A DNA stretch of 62,921 bases, counting the filler, from Octopus bimaculoides (Eukaryota): NCBI RefSeq assembly GCF_001194135.2. It is 5 parts of 5 records of this genome, joined end to end, with 100 filler letters (N's around TTAATTAATTAA, not from the genome) between each part and the next. Parts side by side here need not be neighbours in the genome. Positions count along the whole stretch, not along the records: positions 36,095 to 54,146 come from NC_068995.1; 4 more parts are not named here. One strand, written 5' to 3'. The position numbers and the translations under genes are program-made. The notes below the pieces were generated by a model. It saw nothing but the letters and a program-made list of their open reading frames with translations. It was not told where the DNA came from and ran no database searches. Below are positions 37,500 to 48,970 of the stretch, piece by piece. Position 1 is the stretch's first letter. Each line of letters starts with the position of its first letter.

Positions 37500-38850
37500 T
37501 GTCACAGAAAAACGAACTTTCTAGTAAACAAGAAACTACTGGAAAGTGTAGTCGTTAAAAAAGGCATCTTTGGATGACTCTCCTATTTATTATTTATTAT
37601 CGCGCTGACATCTATCTCAATGACACTTCAAAATGTTAACACAAGAGAAAAAAATTGGGAGAAACTCATACTTGTTTAAATTACCCATTTACTTATCAAT
37701 TGATCAATTCCCTTATCAGTAGAGTAAAGGACTCTATTGAGTTTGGTTTATCAAAATGGTGAGTTTAGCAATAAAGAGATGGGTGTGAGGCCATTTTAAT
37801 GGAATACTCTAATCGGAAAAACAAATTTTAGAACCTGATGACAATAAATATAAGACTCTAGGAATATTGGAATTCGACGATTTTATGTATAAGGAATTGA
37901 AAAAGTGCGAAAGCAATATATTTAAAATGTTTAAAGCTTGAATATAGGCACCAACACGGCTGTGTGATTAACAAGTTTGCGTTGCAGCCACGTGGTTTTG
38001 AGCTTAGTCACTTTGCGCGGTACCTTGGGCACTTGTAGTAGTATCTTTTACTATAGCCCCGGGTAGTCTAATGCCGTCAAAGGGAATTTCGTAGACGGAA
38101 ACTATGTGAAAGCCTGTCCTATATATCTGTGTGTGAGCATGTGTGTCTAAGCTTGAGTGTCAGCCTTTCTCAAACGCTTGGCAATCCGTATGGGTTTGTT
38201 TGCGTCCCCGCAACTTAGCGGTTCGACAAAAGAACCCAGTAGAGTATGTACTATATTTAAGAAAAGACAGAAGTACTGGGGTTGATTTGTTTGACTAAAC
38301 CCTTCAAGGCAGTGCTAAAGCATAGCCGCAATCCAATCATTGAAACAAAATATATAACTCTAAACTTGATTCAAAGTTGATAAATGCGATCAATACGTGA
38401 TGGAGTGATGTCGTATGTCACAGTACTGGAATAGTGAACTGGACAAAAGATGGAATAAATGCATTAGACAGGAAAACGATAGAATTCTTAACTATACATA
38501 GTGTTTTCCATCGAAATGTAGCTATCAGACATTTATACCTGAAGCGATAAGCTCTGGGAAGAGAACTTAATAGAATTTTTTACTGTGTGGTTAGAGAGTA
38601 AAAGGCAGCAAACAGTTGCATCGCAAAAAGTTAAACATACTAAAACAATAGAGTTAAGACTGACTGTGACTGAACTTGAAGGGGAAATTTTATGCGAGGG
38701 TAAATAATTTGTGAATGAACAGGAGTAGAATAAATGCAGATGCATGAACAGTTTCAGAGACACGAAGAATGTGAAAAAATCAAGAATCCTCGTGAGATGG
38801 AGCAGTTCTGGAGTGAAGATTTAGAAAGAGGAATCGAGTGTTTATTGATA
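37500..38850 (+). mobile_element. Old R4/Dong-type LINE RT remnant, split by a SINE
   Basis: VKKGIF(G)..LSYLLFIIAL (~37555), EFGLSK, DDNKYKTLGILEFD (~37840); after the SINE TGIVNWTKDGINALDRKT..FLTIHSVFHRN...HLYLKR..GREL, and MHEQFQR. Confidence 0.7.
37945..38350 (+). mobile_element. SINE family A, near full length
   Basis: Head, body and tail (caacttagcggttcgac...ggggttgatttgtttgact...catagccgcaatccaatcattgaaac) all present. Confidence 0.75.
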
Positions 38851-38869
38851 GTTTGTCAAGAAAATTTGC

Positions 38870-39030
38870 GCAGAGGGGAGCAGTAGATTATATCGGCTTT
38901 AATATTTGACTCGTACCCTGGAAAAACGAAAGGCAATGTTGACCTCAACAGGATGCGAACTTAGGAACGTGAAGAACCGGGGAAAATGCAGCAAAGTATT
39001 TTGTCTAATACGCTAACGTCTCTGCCAATT
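38870..39030 (-). mobile_element. SINE family B (degenerate)
   Basis: cgaaaggcaatgttgacctcaacaggatgcgaact reverse head. Confidence 0.55.
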
Positions 39031-39104
39031 TCAGCTTACTTCAACACAAAACCAGTTACTGACCTTTTGGTTTGCATCCCAATATTATTAGGAGTAAATT
39101 ATCT

Positions 39105-39160
<56 letters not shown>

Positions 39161-39228
39161 NNNNNNNNNNNNNNNNNNNNNNNNNNNNNNNNNNNNNNNN
39201 NNNNNNNNNNNNNNNNNNNNNNNNNNNN

Positions 39229-39285
<57 letters not shown>

Positions 39286-41509
39286 TCCAAGCAGTACAGT
39301 GAAAGGTGAAGTTAAGCACAGCAGCTCTGGCTCGACCTGCAACACTGATCTCTACTTCACCACTGTACATATTTAGAGCAAAGTTCGCTAAATCAGGTAA
39401 CTACTCTGGGCATGGACAAAACTGGCGATGGATCCAACTGCACTGAACATGGGGCAGTCTTTTCTAACATTGTCTTAAGAAGACACATGTTCTGTAAGGA
39501 AACTAACTGAAATGTACCTGTAATTAGAAGGGCCATTCTTGTTACACAGTGTCATGCTGATTAAGTCTGCAGATTGCACTTAGATTACAAGGGTCCGTGG
39601 ATACTTACTACGTAATAACAAGTCAATGGACGGTCCCACTGATCGAACAACCAGAACACGCGTACGCCAGGATCAACGCAAAAGTATATCAAAAAGGGTT
39701 GTAAAGAGCTAAGTAACTCGGCCAGGGACAGCGTTAGTGATGAAACGTTTGATCTAGAAATGATCGAAATGTCTCAAAAATATAATTACAAAGAGTAGAA
39801 AGGTCACCATTTTCAGACGCGTTTAAAATACCATATAACAGACTCAATAATTTTGACCTATAGAGATAAAAGAGAAATAAAACATAAGAGAGCTGCATAA
39901 GCGACGTTATTTACTTGAAGAAAGCAGACTAGAAGAGTTTTAATGGCCTACAAAAACAAGTAGAATAGTGTTGAGTGTACAAAGTTTGGCGAGATAACAA
40001 ACTGTAAATTGATACAAATAATACAATTGCTATCGATTCGTGTATATTTTATCGAGTGTAATAGAATAGACGTAAGCTTCGGATAAATATGGTCCTTGAC
40101 CTGGTTTATTTCCAGAAAATAACATAGTAGCAGCCAATTTGCAGGAATCTGTGAAAGAATAATAAGCACTTGAAGTATTCGTTGAAATTCCACGCTTATT
40201 TTGAAAATTACAAGGTTGCTGGAAGTTTGTAGAGAACAATGAGATATATACTTTCTTTTGAAACTTTTCATGCCCGATTAATTTTTAAGATGATGCAAAA
40301 TCCACATAATTAATTACTGTAAGTGAGAAGGTCTTTAAAAGCTATATTATTTGTTCTATACTAGTTATCTCTTTCGTGTCGAATGCTGTTATCTATTATA
40401 TTTATCTTTTCATCAAGAAGTAATAAATCTTAACCATGAAACAAAATAGAATACATAATCTATGAATAATATTCTTCTGTTACGGTATATTGGTGAGGCT
40501 TTAACAAATCTTAGTACACTTTTTCGGCATGTATATTTTATATCAGTAAAAGTGTATTTGGCTGGACATGAGTGAACGAAGAAAAGAAGCTGATCCACCG
40601 AGCTGGAAATTCTAATTCAATTAATTTAAAATATTTTTTTTTCAGTCAATTTTCTTACGAATAATAGTTCTAATATAAATGTGTCTACAATGGAATATAT
40701 TTTCTATCTAGTTCCATAGTTTATCAGTCAATTGTCTTCAATGTATTTTTAACAGGTTTCGTTATACAATTAAGATTGAGCAGGTTTAAACGTTACATAC
40801 ATAGACTGCAGTAGATTAATATAGATTATTTTTACCAACTTCATCAACTGATTCATTCCCTATAACTTTGAATCGGTGCCTATTGGAAAATATCGATATT
40901 CTTCCAATTAAGCTAGTGTCGAGTTGTGTACTGTAAAGAATAAATTCCTGGAAATAATGATAGAATTTAATGTATCTTCATCGACATTGTATTATCTTTG
41001 TGGGAAAATAAATTTTATATTCGATTTCCTTTCCTTTAAACTCATTTTAAAAGTACCATGTCAAGGTCCTTAGTATAGTTTTGATTCCAGGCCGACATCA
41101 TTTCATCTATGCCACTAAAAGACTAATGAGAAATAATCTGATAACTTAATTTAAAATGGTAGTGCCTCTTGAAACACTAGTGAATTATTCAGCTGGCTAT
41201 TTCTGTATCTCGGGGTTCTAGGTTCAATGTCATTGGTGACACTACAGCTGCTTTACATTACAAAGGCATCTGGATGAAAACAAGTAGCTGTTGTTATGTG
41301 GATACTGAAAGGTGAATATGTGAAGGAGTGTAGCATACGAATTCAGAGCAAAACACAGAGTTGTAAATCTGTAGATTTAGTTTATTTTCTTTGTTACGAA
41401 AATCGATCTTCACTTAAAGAAATGCAGCAAGGAAAACATATGGTTTGAATATTAATGAATGTGCTGAAAGACAGTGTGATTGGTCCTAGTTACCCTCAGT
41501 TGAGTAATC

Positions 41510-41960
41510 TTTTGATGAAAGACATTCCAGCTATGTGAACCCCTTCTTTTGATATATGAACACGCATCTTCCAACGTGTCATTCCCTGACCGCATGAAGT
41601 TTTAACTGTGACCATCCCTACGCATTTTCCAAACAGTATTTCTTAACTAAAATGTCTGTCTTTCTTAAAACGATAGAATAGGATTTGAGAAAAAAATTGA
41701 TGTTATTTCTTCAGGTTGAATGATTACAGAGAGGTCTCAGTGTCAACTCGTGTTTTTAGCGAAGTTGTTATTTTCGCTGTTGTTTTCGCTGATCGAGTTG
41801 ATCTTTGTTCAAAGCTATTCCAACAATGATCAACTCGCCGTCTTCCTACGTACAAAGAAACTCAAACCATTTAACTCAAGATGTCTTTTCATAGACGGTA
41901 GCGTGCAATTTGAGGGAGATCAGTCTGCTATGTTTAGTTGGTTGAGTGATCATGTATAGG
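41510..41960 (-). repeat. Dispersed repeat family C, two degenerate copies
   Basis: gacattccag...; tttcttaaaacgatagaataggatttgag; atttgagggagatcagtctgctat. Confidence 0.5.
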
Positions 41961-41963
41961 TGC

Positions 41964-41964
<1 letters not shown>

Positions 41965-42001
<37 letters not shown>

Positions 42002-42100
42002 ATAGTAGTAGTAGTAGTAGTAGTAGTAGCAGCAGCAGCAGCAGCAGTAGCAGCAGCAGTAGCAGCAGCAGTAGCAGCAGCAGTAGCAGCAGCAGTAGTT
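41965..42100. repeat. Compound (TAG)n-(CAG/TAG)n microsatellite
   Basis: Direct reading. Confidence 0.95.
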
Positions 42101-45100
42101 TAACGGAAAAAAGACAATTTCATCTTTTATGAGGGATGGCGTAGTTTTCTCAAGGCAGGCTCGGATGAGAGAGCGAGTCTGACGTTGTGCAACCATTTTG
42201 TTTCTTCTTCTCAAATATTGCAGATTTATTTATTTTAGTTTATGCGCAGGTGTGTCTTGTACCATTTAAGCCTATGCCTTTGTCTTGTCTTCTGTTTTGA
42301 TGACCACGCATATAGCGCCATATGCTTTTCATCTTGTATTGAAGATTTCCCTGCACATATCTGCTAGAATTGCCTCCAATTCCTCGACTGATTTTGAATT
42401 CGGAATGCAAAGAGCCGAAAGAAATGCCACAAGGCATCTTTTCTAACACCTGAACGCTTCTGCCAGCTTACCATCTTAACAACAGTAATAACAAATTTAT
42501 TAGTTCCAGAGTGGCAATAGATGAAGAGATATTATTATCATTATTGTCATTATTATTAGTATTATTATTATTAGTATTATTATTATTATGATCATCATCA
42601 TCATCATCATTATCATTATTTTTATTATTATCTCTCAAAGATTTTCGCTGTCTACAATCAGATCATTGTTCTATTTCCCCAAATTATTGACTATCAAGCT
42701 CTTCTGCCCACCGCATGCCTTCCCCATAGTTACAAAAACTCTATTTCTATATTATTAGGTATTTAGTTGAGTGTATATCCGTAGTTTGTCGCCGACATTA
42801 TTTCTCTGAGTGTCGGTTAGGTGGTTGAAGAAACAAATCATCTTCAAATCATACGTTACCGACTTACAAAAGGAATGACATTTGGGATAATAATATACTC
42901 TTAAATAAAGTATTTCTGAAACAAAAGCCATCAGATTATTGCAACAATGCCTTTAATCAAAACTCAACTTGATTAGGGCTCATTTATTGCCTAAACGACA
43001 AAATAAAATTACTTACATTGAAAGAAGCCTGCTTCAGATTTTCCTACCTTTCCAATTCTATTTAGTAAAACATTGTCTGGTTTTCCATGGTTTCTGCCAT
43101 TTTACCAATCAGTCCTCCGCTATTATACATTATAGGATTTGTTCTGTAGAGTGATTCCGCTAGTCAGCATCTTACCAGACACAAATGCCACTCGTCTGAC
43201 TGGCATGAAGATGATCACCAACACTCCAATTTTTGGACCATCGACGTACTATGTGCCCTTATTCTTGCTCTTCTACTGCAACTACAGTCGCCACTATTCC
43301 TCATAGCAGGTTGTTCTCGAACTACTTCTACTCGGGTTCCACTCAACTAATTCTCCTTACTTCGCTTCTCATCACCCATATTGTGACAACCCACCCTAGC
43401 CTTCGTATTGACTACCTTGCCTACTCCTTCCTCATCACAACATTAGATGTCTGAAAAGTCTATTCAGCCTACGATTTTTCTCTAACCAGTGACATCCTCA
43501 ATTCCCTGGTCTTTGGAGAAGCCGCGGAGGCTATGGAAACAGTCTCTTCCTCCAGAGTAAGATCTACAATTCAGTTTTTATATTCAGTCGATTCCTTTCA
43601 CCTAAAGTATCTGTTAGTATCTTTATTTCCATCTAAGACGGTTGACATCTCTTTCTAGTAGTCTCTATTTCACACTCTGCGAGTGGAAAATAGACACCAG
43701 ACTAATTCTTCAGTCGATAAGGTGACGTACATCCATCATTATATAGAATAGTCATGTGTGAATCATATCATTACGGATCATAATAACAATAGCAATCAAA
43801 GTCGTTGCAATTAATTTCACATTTTGTCCAAAATCCAATTACAGTATTGTTTCTGCGTGTAATTAATTGAAGAAAATTGTTAAACTCAATATAATGATAA
43901 AATATTTCGAAGTTAAGTAATAATTTAAGAACAGTTTATAATTTTATAATAGAGTACCAATCGAGTTTGGGGTTTATTAACAACTTCATATGGTGTACAT
44001 TATATCTAGTTCGTTATTCAATAAATTATCATCATGTAGATTGACAACTAGATGAATATAAAGTGGTGTTGTTGAGTCATTGGCTGAATCCATAAAATAT
44101 AGCTTCCTGTTACAGCATTCCTCTTAGGAAAATCTCCATAAGTTATGGAAGACTTCCCTCAAACGGTTATACTGTCAACGAGAGAAATCCGTGTGATCAT
44201 TCAATCTGCTTGATATAACAGTCAAATCTACACCATATTATTCCTTATCATGTTTAAAAAAAGTGGGCATATGTTATATAGTATGGTTTTAGATTGGCTA
44301 TTCCTGAATACAAAATGGAATAATTACTATCCCATCCTATAGACCATCTGATAAACCTATAAGAAGCGACTTGCAGCTAAAAAAAACTACCATCGACAAC
44401 GTCGTTTCCACTGACAGAAACAGTATCCATATTTCACGCAAATAGCACCCTATCGTTTTACAAAAAGAAATTTCAGATAATGTCGTCTTAAATATATCTG
44501 ACAAAAGATGAGATAGTTGCAATTGAAACGAATCTGATTATATCTCGGTGTGATCAGAGCACATACAATCAATTCTTTTGAGAAAAGACTAAGATTTTCC
44601 TCCTTGTGGAAATTATTGTCATTTAGCCCTAGGTACACCTTGACTGAACAGGCCTAATGATCCAAGACATTTCAGCCATCATTTTACATTTCTAATGGTA
44701 TATAAAACAATAACTATATTTAATGAGTTCTTGCCTTTTTTAGACGAGAGAAATATATGAAAGATATTTAGCTTTGTGAGATTGATAAATTACACAGAAA
44801 CAGGGTCTCATATGTACAGAGAAAGATGTGCGCTAACATAACAGTCAACTGTTCATTGGGGACTTATCGATTATTTAGACGTCGAGTCGAAACTAGGTCG
44901 TGAATTTTAAAAAGTCTGATGAGAGTGATTGCCAATTCGCTTTCAAATGAGACTTCATCTCGTAAACTTCTTGCAGAGGTTTCCTGGAAGAGCAATGAAA
45001 GGAGATATTGTGATGTTTAGGGCTTTCCACATTATCAGTGTAAGGGACTTCGAATTAACTTCGATCGAATATTGAAATATTTCGGTTTTTCTAAACAACA

Positions 45101-45278
45101 CCTCTTGCACTGTGTTACACACCGCTCATTTATTTTGACTTTATACAAGGTTCTGTGATTTCAGACAAAGTATTTTGTCTATTTTATTCTTTTCTTCCAA
45201 ATATAAAATATGTAAATACATGTTTTCAAGTAATAATCGAAATCATGCCTGTGTCTCGGTTTCTATTACTCGACAGCG

Positions 45279-45311
<33 letters not shown>

Positions 45312-45317
45312 ACAGAC

Positions 45318-45413
<96 letters not shown>

Positions 45414-45699
45414 GGGGAGAGACGTACATTTATAATAAACACATAAAGGAAAGGAATATCTTTAAATATAAATAACTTCATGTTTGCGAAGATTTTTTAT
45501 TAAATACTTATCTATACATAGATTGCATTAATGGTTGCTATTGTCTATCCCTTTCGCATTTTTATTGCGATCGAAGACAATAACCAAATTTTTTAAACGA
45601 TATTAAATGACTAAGCTTTGTTTTGTTTGCTTTTGTATTTCACTTCTAGAAAACAGTGACATAAAAAGTAGCCATCACATTGCTGCCAATGCCTTCTTT

Positions 45700-46574
45700 T
45701 ATTATTATTCTAAAAAAACTTTTGGATAGTTCTTAATTATCAGTTGTTCTTTACTTGAAAGCAGGCAATAATAAATCACCAAAGGTTTCAAGTAGTGCTT
45801 TCTACTGTGACTCTAAGAGACAATTTCCTTAGAATGCGAACTGTACCCAACAATACTCTCTTCTGGATCACTTCGAGCCTTACAGCAGCTCCAATATTCT
45901 TAATATGTTTTTGAAAGCCTTTGGAAACTGCTCCTAATGCTCCAATTACCATTGGTATCACCATTACTTTCCTCATGCCCCATAACTTTCCTATCTCGTC
46001 CCGCAGTGGCTGGTATTTCTCACTCTTTTCGGTTTCCTTACATTTCACCCTCGAATCACATGGTATTGCAACGTCTATTATCTTTACTTCTTTTTCACCT
46101 TAATGGATGATCACGATATCTGGCCGTCTCGCCTCAATGACTTGGTCGCACTGTATGTTAGAATCTCAGAGTATTTTGTAATATTCGTCTTCCATTACTC
46201 TCTCTCTGGTTTGTGTTCATACCATTGTTCCGATCTCTTGAGGTTCGCTTTACCGCACAACAGCCAGTACACATATCTAGCCACATTGTCATGTCTCCTT
46301 TTATATTAGCATTGTGCGAGCTTACAGCACTCACTAACTACATGGCGTATACTTTCTCCCTTCTCAGAGCACATCCTACACTGTGGCGAGTCAGTGCTTT
46401 TATCAATGTGATATTTGGAGTAGTTTGTCTTGAGAACTTGTTCTTGAGCGCTGCACACTAATGCCTCAGTGGGCCCTTTCAAGTTTCCTTTCTGCAGCCA
46501 TTGCCAGGTTCTATTCAAATCAATCTCCAAGAACTGACTGTACATTTTCTTGTCTTGTCAAATTTTCTTCATCT

Positions 46575-46646
<72 letters not shown>

Positions 46647-46810
46647 TTCTTAAATTGTATTGGATCTACGGCTTCGTTCACTTTTAAGCTACCCTGCATT
46701 TTCACTGCTTCAATCATTTCTGCTTTACTCCCCTTGACATACCAAGTCAGGCTATTCTCCTCTTCTCTTACACAACCTTCACAACACACTAATCCCCGGC
46801 TTCCTTATTA
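45700..46810 (-). mobile_element. R4/Dong-type LINE 3' fragment (CCHC + RLE) with TAA tail
   Basis: GLVCCEGCVREEENSLTWYV, TWQWLQKGNLKGPTEALVCSAQEQVL.TNY, CRMCSEKGESIRHVVSECCKLAQ, RRPDIVI, EKSEKYQPL, VIPMVIGALGAV; ends aataataataa at ~45700. Confidence 0.9.
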
Positions 46811-47720
46811 TCATTATTACATGTTTGACTTTTGCTTTGTTTTTGTACAAGTTGACTCCAAGTTTCACCCAGAGACCTCAGGAGGCAACAAGTTAGAAGT
46901 TCATGTTGGGGTTATACCTAGGGTGTCATATATTTGGTTTTGCACATAGTACTGTTTTAGAGAATGTTTAAGAAAACAAGAAAATTTTGAGTTTGTTTTA
47001 AAATTTGAGATTACATAGACAGAATTTTACGTAGGATATGAACAGTTCCCATGAGCACTAACTTTTGAATTTCTATCATTTTGGGGTTTCCTAGTATCTG
47101 AGCTAGGTAGGGATCAGCTCCTTTTGCTATCATTCCTTGGGCACCTATGACAACAGGTATTGTTTTAGTCTTGAGGTTCCACACTTTGCCAATTTCTATT
47201 TCAGGATCTTTATACTTGCTCAGTTTTTGGTAGGTTTTCACAGATACATTTATGTCAATTGGGACAGTCATGTCAATGAAGAGGTATGATTTTTGTCTGA
47301 AGTCCTTCAATATAATGTCTAACCTATTCGCATCTATCTTTCTGTCAGTTTGAATGGTGAAGTTCCAGAGCAGTGAGATGTGATCATTTTCAAGCAGTGG
47401 AGGTGTTCCCACAAGTCTTTATCACGGGACAGGTCCAGGGTTTCACAAATTATCCACTGAATATATTGTGCTGATCTATCATGCCTGTTGAGATACTCTG
47501 TAGGCACCAGAAGACTGTACAAGGAGACAACATGATCAATGATTTCATTTTGCTGTTGTCATCCACGACATGTTGGGCTACTGCCGTTCTTTAATATGTT
47601 AGCCTGGTAGTTTCTTGTAGGTAGGCATTGATCCAGAGCTGCTATGATAAACCCTTCTGTTTCTGATTTTAGACCAGAGTGGGGATCTCCCTTTCCCCTT
47701 TCTCTCCTCAACGTCCACGT
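46810..47720 (-). mobile_element. Second R4/Dong-type LINE 3' fragment with 3' UTR and TAA tail
   Basis: GLKSETEGFIIAALDQCLPTRNY, YLNRHDR, LLWNFTIQTDRKIDANRLDIILKD...FIDMTVPID, KLSKYKD, IPVVIGAQG; the UTR ends catgtaataatgataataa at ~46810. Confidence 0.9.
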
Positions 47721-47729
47721 GATGGCTTG

Positions 47730-48660
47730 TGCTATCTGGTAAATGTATAATGTCCGGGATTTTCTAGACTGCATCCACATTTACATGCCTTGCCCCGACC
47801 AATTTTGTTTTTGAAGTTTCTGCACCTGTAGGATATTTGTTTTGTCCTCCGTGTCCAGCAGATGTCTATTTCTGGTGGTATGTCTCTAATTTTAATGTTC
47901 GCCACTCGATGGCCTAGATGTGTGTGCACCAGAGCTAGTTCTTCCTTTTTTTAAAGTTAGAATTGACTGCTTCCTTGCCTCCTCCTCTGTGGAAGATCTC
48001 ACCTCTACAGCGCCAAATGACTTTCCTTTTGCAACATATTTTTGTGTTCCATACTGGTCCAAGATACTTTTCAATTTTTGTTGCTGTGTCCCCCGTTCTA
48101 GTTTACGACTTTTTGTTTTATGTATTATCGTCTTTCTCAGCGTCTTTCTCTACAATACCTTCAGTGGTGCTAAGAGTAACTCTTCTTCCATTTCTTTTAA
48201 CTTATTTCTTGCGTCTTTTAAGTCATCCATTGAAAGCTTTACATCTTCACGTGTTTGACGCGCCACAAGTGTGAAACCGTTAACGCTTTAGTTGTGGTTC
48301 TTGCGGTTTTCAGCGACTGCGCTGGTGTTAGTGGTGGTAGTGGTGACGGCTCGGTTGGATTTGCACTTGTCATGTGTAAAGAATTTGTCTTTTCTCTTTC
48401 CTGTTTTTTTTCTTTTTGTTCGTGACTGTTGTTGCTTTGGTCGGTGGTGGTGGTACTGTTGCTGTTGATTTCACATGTTTGTTTTTCCTTTTATGTTTTT
48501 GTCGGTGTTGTTGGTGGTGATGCTATTGTTGACGCTGTTGATTCTGCTGCTACTACTTCTTTCCACGTTTGTTAGATCAGCTGGGGGAAGGGGATGACGG
48601 CGAAAGACAATTTTACCCTCAAAACTATCTCCCACCACCCTCTTGTCAGTTTGGCGAGGA
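47730..48660 (-). mobile_element. Gag/ORF1-like fragment of a LINE (L1/Tx1-like, tentative)
   Basis: Frameshifted minus translation ...GAVEVRSSTEEEARKQSILTLKK/EELALVHTHLGHRVANIKIRDIPPEIDICW, preceded by a Thr/Asn/Lys-rich low-complexity N-terminus. It resembles RRM-type ORF1 regions; the clade is inferred. Confidence 0.45.
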
Positions 48661-48934
48661 AGACTACACCATGTTAAATTTTAAATAAGTATTTCGAAAA
48701 GAATTACTTTGTTTCGGAAATTTCGTCCCTTAAGGCAGATAATAACTTCTGCTCAGACCCTTATGGTTTTACTCAAAACACGGCACACTATATGACAATA
48801 AAGTAAACCAAAGTAGACTTATAACAATGAAAACAAGTCAATAACTCACAGAGCGCTCATAGCGCGTCTTGTCTTGACGATAAAGAACAACAACAACAAC
48901 AACAACACCAACAATAATAATAATAATAATAATG

Positions 48935-48970
<36 letters not shown>

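Noticed and set aside
44870-44960. GAC-GTCGA-GTC-GAAAC-TAG-GTC and a nearby CTGATGA-hairpin
   Set aside because: Each half lacks its partner box, and no single topology gives all three helices.
44977-45039. 63-nt phase-0 exon candidate RFPGRAMKGDIVMFRAFHIIS
   Set aside because: Splice sites are plausible, but there is no supporting neighbour exon or recognisable family.
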